Made by a program: the position numbers and the translations under genes. DNA of 64,000 nucleotides from an uncultured bacterium. GTDB lineage: Bacteria > Verrucomicrobiota > Verrucomicrobiia > Verrucomicrobiales > DEV007. Below the pieces are notes generated by a model, which was not told the origin of the DNA, searched no databases, and saw only the letters and a program-made list of their open reading frames with translations. The stretch covers positions 34,205-98,204 of the forward strand of contig CAXBMO010000023.1 of the NCBI GenBank assembly GCA_963977015.1, read 5' to 3'. Shown piece by piece: positions 10,173 through 20,900 of the stretch (position 1 is its first letter; every line of letters starts with the position of its first letter).

Positions 10173-11269
10173 TGTTGAGGGCGAAGCGACAGATCACGAA
10201 CGCAAAACGGGTTTCCCGCCCGTTTGGCAAAGACTCCCGCCAGCCGGACGTGCGCATCGACTGCGGGAATGGAGCGGAGACCCATTTTACCAGGATTTCT
10301 CGAGCGGGTTTTTCGCTGTTGGAAGTGCTCATCTCCATGACCCTGCTTTCGGCCCTTGTCCTTGCCCTCGCCGGAATGCTGGACCCCGTTCTCAAAACCT
10401 GGAGCAATGGTGAAAAGCGGGTTGCCCGGTTTCAGGGCGCGCGGGCCGCGTTGGAGCTGATCACCCGGGAAGTGACTCCGGCGGTCGTCGACACCCGCAT
10501 GCAGTTCGTGGTCATGCCCGCGGAGTTGCTGGGGGACGTTGGAGCCCGGCATGTCGCGGCCAACTCGCCGGCGATGCTCTGGATGGCGCCGCTCGGCGAG
10601 CGGAATCGGCTGTATTGCGTTGGCTATTATTTGAGCCGGGATCCCGACGCGAAGCGCTATCGATTGAAGCGCTTGTTTGTTTCGCCGAATGATCCGAACG
10701 GATATCATCCCAAAACGGTGAACGAGTCCGAGATTCGCGGTGAGGATGTGCACACCAGTCCGGTCGATGCGAGCTGGTTCACGAACAACTGGGACGAGAC
10801 CGCCTTTGACGACGAAGACCCGCAGAATGAGGATGTGGTGGTGGCGACCGTGGCGGATGGGGTGATCGCCTTTTGGATTCAATGCTACGATTTGCTGGGC
10901 AACCCGATTCCCTGGATGTCGGCCTCCGACGTTCATCCGGAGTCGGAACTGATCTTCAACTCGGCCGGGTATTTCTCGATGGCCACCAGTGTGCCGTTCG
11001 AGGACGAGACGAGCTTTCGTTACATGACCGATCACGAGATGGTGATGAAGGCGCTCCGGGTGCCGGCTGAACTGGAAATCCGGATATATACGATCGATCG
11101 CACCCAACTGCTGCGGGACATCGAGATCCCGGAAATGCCGGTCATCATGGACGGTGACGTGCTGGATTTGGAGGCGTCTGCTCTCGAATTTGAGCGGCGG
11201 CTGGAGGAAAACGGGGTGGAACAACCGCAGGCGTTTTCAACCCGCGTGAAACTTCTGAATGGAAGCTAA
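10172..11269 (+). CDS. Verru_Chthon cassette protein C-like (prepilin-type, PulJ-like)
   Basis: AG|FSLLEVLISMTLL...W...RFQGARAALELI, and LYCVGYY. The TAATG overlap with the previous stop places the start at 10172. Confidence 0.8.
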   Translation: MLRAKRQITNAKRVSRPFGKDSRQPDVRIDCGNGAETHFTRISRAGFSLLEVLISMTLLSALVLALAGMLDPVLKTWSNGEKRVARFQGARAALELITREVTPAVVDTRMQFVVMPAELLGDVGARHVAANSPAMLWMAPLGERNRLYCVGYYLSRDPDAKRYRLKRLFVSPNDPNGYHPKTVNESEIRGEDVHTSPVDASWFTNNWDETAFDDEDPQNEDVVVATVADGVIAFWIQCYDLLGNPIPWMSASDVHPESELIFNSAGYFSMATSVPFEDETSFRYMTDHEMVMKALRVPAELEIRIYTIDRTQLLRDIEIPEMPVIMDGDVLDLEASALEFERRLEENGVEQPQAFSTRVKLLNGS

Positions 11270-11277
11270 GCCAACAG

Positions 11278-14200
11278 ATGAATGTCCTGAATCCAGAACC
11301 TATTCGCTCCAAACCACGCGGTGTGGCGCTGCTGACCACGCTGGTGCTCGCCAGCATGATGGCGATGATCGTCATCGCGTTTCTTGTGAGCATGAGGCTG
11401 GAACTGGGATCCGCAGCGGCGTATGAGCAAACCCAGAGCGCCAAAGTGCTTTCGCAAAGCGCGCTTTCCCACGGCATCGAATTGCTCCGGACGAACATTC
11501 CCGAACCAGCCCGGATCAGCGAAGCCACCAGCGAAGCGGATGCCGAACTTTGGGTGACGAATCCGGGCCGCCTGACCATCATCCAGGGAAACGGCGAACC
11601 TCGTTACGTCGATCTCCACACCGGTGCGGTCACGGAGGATCCGGGGAACGGAGCGGAAAGGGATCTGGATTCGGTCGATCTGAACCGGCCCTTGGCGGGA
11701 GAGGAATTCCCGCCGATCACGGTGGCGTTGGATGAGCGCGGGATGCCTGATCCGGACGCGGAACGACCGGAAATGCGGGTGCGCTGGCACAATGTGCTGC
11801 GCGACCCCTCGCAGGCGGCTGCGAAGGAGAATCCAATCGTGGGCCGTTACGCGTTCTGGATGGATGATGAAAGCGGGAAGCTGAACTTCAACGTCGCCGG
11901 CGGCAAGACCGCTCTCGGCGAGGAGGACAACGAGGGGTTTCACGAGCAGCTCGCCACCGGGATGATGCCGCCGCTCTTCAACCTGGGGAGCGACCGGATC
12001 TTGTATCAACAAGCTGGTCAGAGACGAGCCTGGGCGCTCGGACGACCCCGTTCGGTCAACCTCGACGTGTTGGCCGATGATCCCAGCGAACTGGATGTCG
12101 AGGGTTTGCTCGAACAGGCCTGGCTCAACGGATTCAGCCGTTACCCGGAGGCGATCATGGATTTCGTCCAGACCAGCGATCCCGTGGAGTGGTATCACCT
12201 CCGGAAATACAACCTGACGTTTTACAGCCGGAGCCCGGAGTTCAACGTGTTTGGAAGATCGCGTTTTTTTACGACGAAGATTCCGCTCTCGCTGGAAGGA
12301 GGACCGAACTATCAGCTTCCCTTTGTCTACGGCAGCAACCTGGAGCGACCGGAGGACGGCCCCTTGCATCTGCATGCGTTGATGAGCCTGGGGCTCGCAA
12401 AAGACGTCGAAGATGAAGACAAATCCGACGTCGAGCTTCGCGCCCACAACGTCGTCAACCAAGGCCAGGTGGAGATGCTGATGGGCTATATGCGGAGGAA
12501 ATGGCCGGGCTACAGCCAGAGTTTTGTGGATAAGTACGGGGAAAAGGAATGCTACCAAATGGCGCTCAGCATTGTGCTTTGGCCGCGGATCGCTCTGGAC
12601 GAAAGTATCCACAGTAACCAGAACGCCTACCTCCAGCGAACGACCAGCGCTGTTTATGCACCACCGATCGAAGAGAGACCGGGTGCCTATCCGGAACGGC
12701 ATTTCTGGCGGTTCAACGTGGGCGGGGAGGAAGTGCTCATGCTCCCGCAGCAGCCGGGGCCGCACATCACGGAGGTCAGGCTGAAATTCGAGCTGGAGGA
12801 TGCCGGAACTCCCGAAACGTATCGTGTGAAATTCAAGTACGAATCGGAGTACTACATGCATCCATTCGGAACGCAGACTCAGCTCAATAAATTCCCGATG
12901 AAGGTCGATTACCTGAAGATCGAACCCGAGGGAGAGAGTGCCTGGGAGGTCGGGACGACCGATCCGGATAGCACTGACCTGGACCGCAGTTGGTATCAGC
13001 AAAACAAAAATGAGCCCTATTCGGACTCCGATTGGAATACGAGGCTCAACCGGCTTGCGGCAAGTGGCGGGACGACCTGGCTCGGTCCCTCGAACACTGC
13101 CTCCAATAACCGAAGCAACCGTCGTGTGGTGGGTTCGACAGCCCGTTACGTGGGGAAGACCGACGCCGTTGTCCCCGCCAATGCCAGCGACGCTCGGGAG
13201 TTTAATCTCAGTGGTGGAGAGTTGAGTTTGGATTTCAAGATCCGTCTCGGGATGACGACTTCCAGCAACCCGCTGCGGCCCCGCCAGATGATCCCGATGG
13301 GGGACACGGACAGGGATGAGCACGTCCTGGACGGCACCGTCGAATTGAGCGAGTTCGAACGCGAGAAGTATGTGACGTTCTACATCCAGGATCCGCGGCT
13401 TAGCGCGTTGAAGGATGCTTGGGTCCGTCTGGACGACGACGAGGGAACCCTTGGACAGGCAAACCCGGGTGAACCGCTGGAACAGTCCTCGGAGAAGAGC
13501 AAATTCCGCTTCTACTCGTGCGGCCGGGGAAGCATCAAATCCGTGATAAGTGAGGATCGCAATTTTCCTCTGCACCTGGGGTCCTACGGGAATGAATTCG
13601 CCTCGAACAGCCCGGTTTCGTCGATCGGCTTCTGGTCGATGCTCCACACCGGCATTCAATCCAATGCGCCCTGGCGCACCCTCAACCTCGGTCCCACCTC
13701 GACCCAGATTTCCGACAATCCGCCGGACGCCGTGTTGCTCGACTTGTTCGGCTCGACCTATCCCATGCAGAATGAGCAGTGGGAGATCGACGCCACCTTG
13801 CCGGACGAATTCTCCACCGTGTCCTTCATGAACAGCACCGCCGGCCAGGTCAACCTGAACACACGGGTTTACCCCCAGAGTCCCTGGTTTCAGGCGCCGG
13901 AACGCAAGAAACCGCTCGAAGCCGTCTTCAAACACCTGCGGCCGGACGAGGACGTGGACGAGTTGGTCGACAACATCATCGAGAACCAGACCGACGAACG
14001 ATTCTTCCGCTACGTCGGGGAGTTGGCTGAGATCGATGGTTATGAGCGGAGCGATGCCTACCCGGGTTACCCGGGCGACGACGAGGAAGAGGAGAAAAGC
14101 GACGAACCGACCCGATTCGAAAAAGAGGAGCTCCTTCGAAACATGGCCGGATGCCTCACCACCAAATCGAACACCTTCAGCCTCTGGGGCGTGGCCCAAG

Positions 14201-14655
14201 TCGTTTCCAAACAACCCCATTCCGGGGATTCCCCGTCCTACGGGGAATTCGAGCTTGGCGACAGCGTTCGCTCGGAAAAGCGGTTCTTCGCCCTCATCGA
14301 GCGTTACATCTGGCCGGGCAAAGACGGCGTTCCCGGCAATGCGCATCTTGCGTCCGACGGCACCTGGGATCGGATTTCCACGCCAACGACACCGGCTGGC
14401 AACAGTGATGGCGACCGGCTCTACAACCTGCCGGGTTCGCCGCCGCAGACGGCCCCGAGCGGAGGGCGCCGAGGCCTGAATCGCGAGGGCACCCATCCGG
14501 AGTACGACGGTCCGGAGGAGGTCGGCATGGATCCCTACACTCAAAAGGCGCTCGGCACCGTGCCGTGGACGCATTCGGACCTGGCGGATGCCTACAATCC
14601 GCCGCAACCGGTGATCAAATACCGGGTGATTTACTTCAAATATCTCGATTCATGA
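11278..14655 (+). CDS. Verru_Chthon cassette protein A-like (large PilX-type protein)
   Basis: PRGVALLTTLVL N-terminus, VGRYAFWMDDESGKLNFNVA, STAGQVNLNT, LTTKSNTFSLWGVAQ, and IERYI near the C-terminus. Confidence 0.85.
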   Translation: MNVLNPEPIRSKPRGVALLTTLVLASMMAMIVIAFLVSMRLELGSAAAYEQTQSAKVLSQSALSHGIELLRTNIPEPARISEATSEADAELWVTNPGRLTIIQGNGEPRYVDLHTGAVTEDPGNGAERDLDSVDLNRPLAGEEFPPITVALDERGMPDPDAERPEMRVRWHNVLRDPSQAAAKENPIVGRYAFWMDDESGKLNFNVAGGKTALGEEDNEGFHEQLATGMMPPLFNLGSDRILYQQAGQRRAWALGRPRSVNLDVLADDPSELDVEGLLEQAWLNGFSRYPEAIMDFVQTSDPVEWYHLRKYNLTFYSRSPEFNVFGRSRFFTTKIPLSLEGGPNYQLPFVYGSNLERPEDGPLHLHALMSLGLAKDVEDEDKSDVELRAHNVVNQGQVEMLMGYMRRKWPGYSQSFVDKYGEKECYQMALSIVLWPRIALDESIHSNQNAYLQRTTSAVYAPPIEERPGAYPERHFWRFNVGGEEVLMLPQQPGPHITEVRLKFELEDAGTPETYRVKFKYESEYYMHPFGTQTQLNKFPMKVDYLKIEPEGESAWEVGTTDPDSTDLDRSWYQQNKNEPYSDSDWNTRLNRLAASGGTTWLGPSNTASNNRSNRRVVGSTARYVGKTDAVVPANASDAREFNLSGGELSLDFKIRLGMTTSSNPLRPRQMIPMGDTDRDEHVLDGTVELSEFEREKYVTFYIQDPRLSALKDAWVRLDDDEGTLGQANPGEPLEQSSEKSKFRFYSCGRGSIKSVISEDRNFPLHLGSYGNEFASNSPVSSIGFWSMLHTGIQSNAPWRTLNLGPTSTQISDNPPDAVLLDLFGSTYPMQNEQWEIDATLPDEFSTVSFMNSTAGQVNLNTRVYPQSPWFQAPERKKPLEAVFKHLRPDEDVDELVDNIIENQTDERFFRYVGELAEIDGYERSDAYPGYPGDDEEEEKSDEPTRFEKEELLRNMAGCLTTKSNTFSLWGVAQVVSKQPHSGDSPSYGEFELGDSVRSEKRFFALIERYIWPGKDGVPGNAHLASDGTWDRISTPTTPAGNSDGDRLYNLPGSPPQTAPSGGRRGLNREGTHPEYDGPEEVGMDPYTQKALGTVPWTHSDLADAYNPPQPVIKYRVIYFKYLDS

Positions 14656-15272
14656 AAACTACGGTCCTAACCATTCTAATTGGACTCTGTGCGGCCTTCC
14701 TGGCCCGGGAAGCAGTGGCTGCGGAGCGGGGATTACTCCCGCTTCAGCCCCAGCAACTGCTTGTCGCACTGCCCAAGACCCGGGAGGGATGGGTCCTTAA
14801 GAAATCCATCGCTTCAAATGACGCCGACGAGTGGCTGGTTTCCAAGGCCGAGCGGCTTTTTGAACTCCCGCCACGGAATCGGGGCGAGAAACCCGCCCTG
14901 GCCCGATTCAGTATCATCGACACCGCCAAACAGGGGGCCCTGCTTGAGAGGTTCGAGAACTTTGCGCCGGGTCAAGTCACGGAAGGGGTCGAGGCGTTAA
15001 CCGTCGACGGTATGCCGGCGTTTCGCTCGGTCTACGGCTCCAGGGTCAAGCTTCAAGTGTTGGTCTACGAGCGATTTGTGCTTGGAGTGCTGCTGAAAAA
15101 TCAGGAGCAGGACGCGCTGAAAGATTGGCTACGGCTCGTGGAAATTGGCCAGCTGCGCGGTCCCGCCTCGAATTCCAAATTTGTTCGCCGTCCCGAAGAA
15201 GTCACCATCGTGAAGATCGATGAACTCGACCCCGAAAAAGCCTACAGCTACAGCTTGTCCATGTCACGCTGA
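14652..15272 (+). CDS. Hypothetical exported protein coupled to the cassette
   Basis: ATGA overlap with the cassette A stop. Sec-type signal peptide MKTTVLTILIGLCAAFLAREAVA. Confidence 0.7.
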   Translation: MKTTVLTILIGLCAAFLAREAVAAERGLLPLQPQQLLVALPKTREGWVLKKSIASNDADEWLVSKAERLFELPPRNRGEKPALARFSIIDTAKQGALLERFENFAPGQVTEGVEALTVDGMPAFRSVYGSRVKLQVLVYERFVLGVLLKNQEQDALKDWLRLVEIGQLRGPASNSKFVRRPEEVTIVKIDELDPEKAYSYSLSMSR

Positions 15273-15321
15273 CACCGTTCAACGATGCCTGCTGATTGAG
15301 GGGGAATGGAAGTCCAAAACT

Positions 15322-15404
15322 CCGCATCTCAAGATTACGCGAAGCCAATCTTCAAAAAATGAGGAACAACTTGCCCGTTCGTCATCATTTTCAAGCGCGC
15401 CCTA
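15322..15404. mobile_element. MITE-like intergenic repeat, copy 1 (one terminus degenerate)
   Basis: About 68 of 77 columns identical to 28058-28133 by manual alignment. Ends in TTTTCAAGCGCGCCCTAG. Confidence 0.7.
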
Positions 15405-15492
15405 GGAGTTGCACCTTGAGCCAGAGTTGCTAGTCTGGCAGGGCCTGAGCAGAGAAGGCGAACCAGCCTCTGCCAATTTGAGCGTATTGAAG

Positions 15493-16506
15493 ATGAGCAA
15501 TTCCAAGCAATTTTTTGTGGGCCTCGATATCGGGGGAACGACGGTCAAGTCCATGTTGGTGGATGGTGACGGCGAGCAGGTGGGCCAGATGGTCGAGCTT
15601 CGCAGCCACGTCCAGGAAGGATACCGGAAGACGTTTGAGCAGCTCGAGCAATCGCTGAGTGTCCTGTCAGAACAGAATGGAATAGGTAGCGACAGCATTG
15701 CCGCGGTTGGATTGGATGTTCCCGCTCCTTGTTCGAAGGGGGTGATTTGGGGGAAGGCGAACTTGTCGGAGGATTGGGTGGGAACGGACATCTGCGCAGA
15801 ATTTGGGGAAGAAATCGGCAAGCCGGTCTTCATGACGAACGATGGAAATGCTGCGGCGTACGGGGAATGGCTTTACCGCAAGGAACGCACGGATGGCCTG
15901 GCATTTGTTGCTCCCGGGACGGGGCTGGGTGGTGGATTGGTGTTGCCAGGTGGAGCTCTTTACGAAGGCGCCAATGGTCTAGCCATGGAAGTCAGTGACT
16001 TAACCGTTCCGTTTGATGAGGATGGTCGCACTCCCACGGACGCGACCGGGCGGGAAGGTTGCCTCGAAGCCTGGGTGTCGCTTGTCGCGATCCGGAGACA
16101 ATTGCAAATTCGTCTCAGCAAGGACGAGAGTCAGGATCACCCCTTGGCCAAGGAGGATTCCCCGATTGAAGAAAAGGCTCTCAAATTGCGTGATTATGCC
16201 GAGAAAGGCGATTCGCTTGCCTTGGAGATTTTCCAGAAACAGGCCCATGTCCTCGGATACGGTCTGGCGGACCTGACCAGTATTTTGGACCCGGGTCTCA
16301 TCGTCCTGGGCGGCGGGCTGGCCGAGACGGGATTTCGCGATTGGTATCTCGAAGCCGTGAAAGGCGGCTTCTATGATCGTGCGGCTCCCTTTTATAAGCG
16401 GAGCCCGATTCACCCTCACCCGGAGACAACCACATTCGAGTGGGCGATTGGAGGGGATGCCAGCGCAGCCTTTGGCGTGGCACGTAAAGCGATGGACCTT
16501 TTGTGA
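15493..16506 (+). CDS. ROK-family sugar kinase
   Basis: VGLDIGGTTVK, MTNDGNAAAYGE, GTGLGGG, GCLEAWVS, LDPGLIVLGGGL. Confidence 0.88.
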   Translation: MSNSKQFFVGLDIGGTTVKSMLVDGDGEQVGQMVELRSHVQEGYRKTFEQLEQSLSVLSEQNGIGSDSIAAVGLDVPAPCSKGVIWGKANLSEDWVGTDICAEFGEEIGKPVFMTNDGNAAAYGEWLYRKERTDGLAFVAPGTGLGGGLVLPGGALYEGANGLAMEVSDLTVPFDEDGRTPTDATGREGCLEAWVSLVAIRRQLQIRLSKDESQDHPLAKEDSPIEEKALKLRDYAEKGDSLALEIFQKQAHVLGYGLADLTSILDPGLIVLGGGLAETGFRDWYLEAVKGGFYDRAAPFYKRSPIHPHPETTTFEWAIGGDASAAFGVARKAMDLL

Positions 16507-16533
16507 GATTGGGCTTTCCCAGGAATCTTGCGT

Positions 16534-17976
16534 TCAGGCGATGAGATCCTTGATCACATGGCCGTGAACGTCTGTCAGGCGATAGTCTCTTCCCTGAAAA
16601 CGGAAGGTGAGTTGTTCGTGGTCGAAACCCAGCAAGTGAAGAATCGTTGCCTGAAGATCGTGAACGTGCACCCCGTTCTCGGCGACTTGAAAGCCCAGTT
16701 CGTCGGATGCGCCATAGTCGAAACCTCCTTTAACGCCTCCTCCGGCCATCCACATGGTAAACACGTCCGGGTAGTGGTCTCGTCCAAGGATCTTGCTCTT
16801 CGCCGTTCTTCCTTCCCGAAACGGCGTGCGTCCAAATTCGCCGCCCCACACAATCAAGGTTTCTTCGAGAAGACCACGCTCGCGCAGATCATTGATGAGC
16901 GCAGCGACGGGCTTGTCCATGGTGGCGCATTTGTTGGTCAGCCCCTTTTCGAGTCCGGTTGCTTCTCCGGTGCCATGATAGTCCCAGCCCCAATCGAAAA
17001 GTTGGACGAACCGGACGCCGTTCTCGACCAAACGCCTGGCGAGTAGGCAATTGTTGGCCAAGCTGGCTCCTCCTGGCGTTGCTCCGTAGTTTTCAAGGGT
17101 CGCCTTGGATTCCTTGGAAATATCCATGACTTCCGGGACAGCCGTCTGCATTCGAAATGCCAGTTCATATTGGGCAATCCGGGTCAGCGTTTCAGGATGG
17201 CCCATTTTCTCGGCTTGAAGCTGATTCAAGTCAGACAGGGCCTCGAGACTCAGTTTGCGCATGTCCCGGTCCATCCCGGGCGGGTTGCTGGAATACAGCA
17301 CCGGTTCTCCCTTGGATCGGCATTGAACCCCCTGATAGACACTCGGCAGAAAGCCTGAGCCGAACGAATTCTTGCCGCCGTTCGGTTGGACGCCGCTGGA
17401 GATCAAAACGACATACCCGGGGAGGTTTTCATTCTCGCTTCCCAATCCGTAGGTTACCCACGAACCCATTGATGGCCTGCCGGAACGAGGTGAGCCGGTG
17501 TAGATCAGAAGTTCAGCCGGCGCATGGTTGAATTGGTCGGTATGCATGGAGTGGATCATGCACAGTTCGTCGGCAACCGGGTGCAGGTTGGGAATTGCGT
17601 CTGACATCCACGTTCCGTTCCTGCCAACCTGGGACCATTTCCGCGGCGAACCCATCAACTTCGGAACACCCGTGGTGAAGGCGAATTCCTTTCCGGCGAG
17701 GAAGGCATCAGGGCAGTCTTGATCCGTTCGTTTCGCGAGTTCCGGTTTCCGGTCGAACAGGTCCAGGTTGGGCGGCGATCCTGTCATATGGAGGTAAATG
17801 ACGCGCTTGGCCTTCGCGGGGAATACCGGTTTGCGGGGAGCGAGCGGGTTGACCACTCCAGCGGAAGCTTCGCTCGCCAGCATCGCATTCAGTGCGATCC
17901 CGCCAAGACCGGCGGTCGATTGACGGAGGAAATGCCTCCGGGTTTGCAGTTGGATGTTTTCCAGTCGTGGGTCCAT
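16534..17976 (-). CDS. DUF1501 domain protein (sulfatase-like, Tat signal)
   Basis: TRRHFL twin-arginine motif, AKAKRVIYLHMTGSP, NHAPA, WGGEFGRTP, GRDHYP, RLTDVHG. Start placed at MDPRLEN. Confidence 0.9.
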   Translation of the reverse strand: MDPRLENIQLQTRRHFLRQSTAGLGGIALNAMLASEASAGVVNPLAPRKPVFPAKAKRVIYLHMTGSPPNLDLFDRKPELAKRTDQDCPDAFLAGKEFAFTTGVPKLMGSPRKWSQVGRNGTWMSDAIPNLHPVADELCMIHSMHTDQFNHAPAELLIYTGSPRSGRPSMGSWVTYGLGSENENLPGYVVLISSGVQPNGGKNSFGSGFLPSVYQGVQCRSKGEPVLYSSNPPGMDRDMRKLSLEALSDLNQLQAEKMGHPETLTRIAQYELAFRMQTAVPEVMDISKESKATLENYGATPGGASLANNCLLARRLVENGVRFVQLFDWGWDYHGTGEATGLEKGLTNKCATMDKPVAALINDLRERGLLEETLIVWGGEFGRTPFREGRTAKSKILGRDHYPDVFTMWMAGGGVKGGFDYGASDELGFQVAENGVHVHDLQATILHLLGFDHEQLTFRFQGRDYRLTDVHGHVIKDLIA

Positions 17977-17987
17977 TTCAGCAGGGG

Positions 17988-20900
17988 TTATCGTTTCAGG
18001 AAGATTTCGTCCAGGTTCAGGATCACATTGGCGACTACTGTCCATGCCGCGAGGTCGGCGGGTGGATAGCCCTCGGGAAGCGGTCCGAGGGGATTGGTCG
18101 CCATCTCAAGAGCCATTTCCGGGGAGGAACGGAAGCGATCGCGTGAAGTGTTGAAGAGATCTGTTAGTCGTTGAATTTCGATCGCGGTTGGCTGGCGTAA
18201 CAGGCATTTCGTCAGACCGTGTTCCACTCGGGTCTCTGTCGTGTCCGATCCCGCATAGATCTGGCGAGCGAGAGCTTGCGCAGCTTCGATGTAGACCGGG
18301 TCGTTCATGGTCACGAGCGCCTGCAGTGGGGTGTTGGTGCGACCACGTCGGCTGGTGCAGACCTCCCGGTTTGGTGCATCGAATGCAGCCATGCTGGGGT
18401 AGGGGCTCGAACGCCGCCAGGTCGTGTAGATTCCGCGTCGATATCGGTCTTCACCCTGACTCGTTTTCCAATCCGTGGCCGAACCAAAGGCCGCTTTCAG
18501 ACCCAGTTCAGGTTGTGGCGGTTTGACGGGAGGGCCGAACATCTTGTCGCTCAAGAGGCCGCTGAGGAAGAGTGATTGGTCACGCACCATTTCGGCGGAA
18601 ATCCGAAAGCGAGGCCCGCGTGCATAGAGAATGTTGAACGGATCAGAATTCTCCAGTTCTGGGGTAACCACCGAGCTTTGCTGATAGGTTAAAGACAGCA
18701 CCATCAATTTGAGGAGATGCTTCAAGTCCCAGCTCTCTCCAAATTGGATTGCCAGCCAGTCGAGGAGCTCGGGGTGGGAGGGAAGTTCGCCTTGGGAACC
18801 AAATTCTTCGTTGGTGGCGACGATTCCCTGCCCAAAAATCTGAGCCCAAAACCGATTTACCATCACCCGGCTGGTCAGCGGATTCTCGGGATCAACCAGC
18901 CAATGCGCGAGCGCGAGCCGGTTGCGCGGAAGGTCCTCCCGCAAGGGGTGAAAGACCGCTGGCGTTGCCGCGGAAAGTTGATGAGCAGTATTTTTGTAAT
19001 TTCCGCGAATCTGCAACTTGGTCACTCTCGGTGTGCCACTCAGGTCGCGCATGACCGGAACCGTGGTGTTCGGCTTCAGGGAAGCCAGTTGTTGGGTCAA
19101 CTTGGCGAGTTCCTGGCGCTCCGGGTGAAGTGAGGTAGCAATACTTCGATGGAAGACTCGGATCGATTCCAATTGGGCTTCCGAGGGGGCGGTCGCCTTG
19201 ATGGCTTCGCGAACCGCTGTGGGAATCTGGGCCCATTGGGTGATGTCCGGGTCATTTGTGATCGAAAATCGAAAGTTGGTGAGGACGTGTTGGCCTTTCG
19301 AATACCGTTGGTTCAATCTCAGCGTGAGCGTTCCCTCCTCCAGGTTCATTGGCTTCCCGAGAATCAGTTTCAGGCGATGATCCTTTCCGGTTTGACCGCC
19401 TATCGCCCATCCCTTTTTGGGATCAAGTTTGGGTGAAATAACGCTCTGAGCTGGGAATCCTGTTTGGGAGAAATCGGCATGAGCCGACCGAAACTTCAGG
19501 GGCCGTGAACCGGAGAACGAGTAGGTGGAACTTGGGTTGGGTATCTCTGGAGAATCCTCCCAAACTGCGTTTCGAGACGCATCCAAAACTTGAATGCGGA
19601 ATCCTTTGAGGCGCTCCGGTAGCCCCTTTCCGGTTCGATTCCAGAGAAGCAGCCGGTCGATCGGCATGGGCTTGCCAAGATCAAGCTCGAACCACGGGTC
19701 GCTTTCTGCCGCAGTATGTGAGACCGACTTCTTGGCGTAATCGCCATCGGTATTTCCATCGATGGCCAGTTGAGCCGGGCCATCATAGTCGGTTGAGCTT
19801 TGCGTGGCCGTTCCGGTTGGAGCCACATTCTTCCCTCCGCTGAATACCTGGAGCTCCGCGAGATGAATCATCTTGGATTTCCCCGGAAGCTCGATTCGGA
19901 CATATTGGCCGACCGTTGGAGTGGGCACTTTTGGGGTCCATTCCGCAGAAAGCTGGGAAAGGACGAAGTTCGCGGTTTGTTCGGGAGAAACCTCCAACTC
20001 AAGTCCCGAGATCGTTTGTTGGGAAGTGGGGAAACTCAGAACGTGATCCGTGACCGTGGATTCCTTCTTGCCGAGCGAAAGCCATCCCGTGCCGTCAGAA
20101 GCTTGTTCGAGATTTGAACCTTCCAGCTTCGCGTTCGTGAGAGGTTTCCAAGCCGGTTCCTGGCGAAGGCCTGCCAGCCAGTTCTTCTTTTCCTCTTCCA
20201 GTACAGGAGTGTTGGTGTCTAGCACTTGTTTCAGTGTTGTGATTCGTTCTGTCCAACTGCGCTTTTGCTCCAATTGCTCATCACTCCAGATCTCCAAGAG
20301 CGGGCGTTCATCCCGTTGATCGGAATCCTCGCTCTGATTGAAGAAATCATACATCTGGAAATACTCGTCGTGGGTGATGGGATCGAACTTGTGAGTGTGG
20401 CATTGCGCACAGGCCATGGTGGTTCCCATCCAAACTTCCATGGTTGTATTGACACGATCGACAACGGCTACGGTGCGGAACTCTTCGTTGTTGGTTCCGC
20501 CTTCATTGTTGGTGAGGGTGTTGCGGTGGAAGGCTGTGGCGACAAGCTGGTCTTCGGTGGGTGACTCCAGTAGGTCGCCGGCAATCTGTTCGATTGTGAA
20601 TCGATCAAACGGCATATCATCGTTCAGAGCCCGGATTACCCAATCACGATAAGCCCAGATGGTTCGTGGAGGGTCGTCGGCGTAGCCCGCAGAATCCGCG
20701 TATCGAGCGAGATCCAGCCAGACGCGAGCCCAACGTTCTCCAAACGCTGGCTTGGCCAGTTGGGCATCAACATAGCGTTCGTAGGCGTCGTCTCCCGTGT
20801 CTTGCACAAAAGCGGACGCTTCTTCCCAAGTCGGAGGGAGCCCGGTCAAATCCAGCGCGACTCTCCGGGCCAACGTCCAGCGATCAGCTTGTGCGGAAGG

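Noticed and set aside
11266-14607. 1113-aa antisense ORF opposite cassette protein A, plus other long shadow ORFs (10169-11224, 26202-27266, 35558-36604, 61697-62863)
   Set aside because: They mirror well-supported genes on the other strand and have no motifs. Long stop-free antisense frames are expected with GC-rich codon bias.
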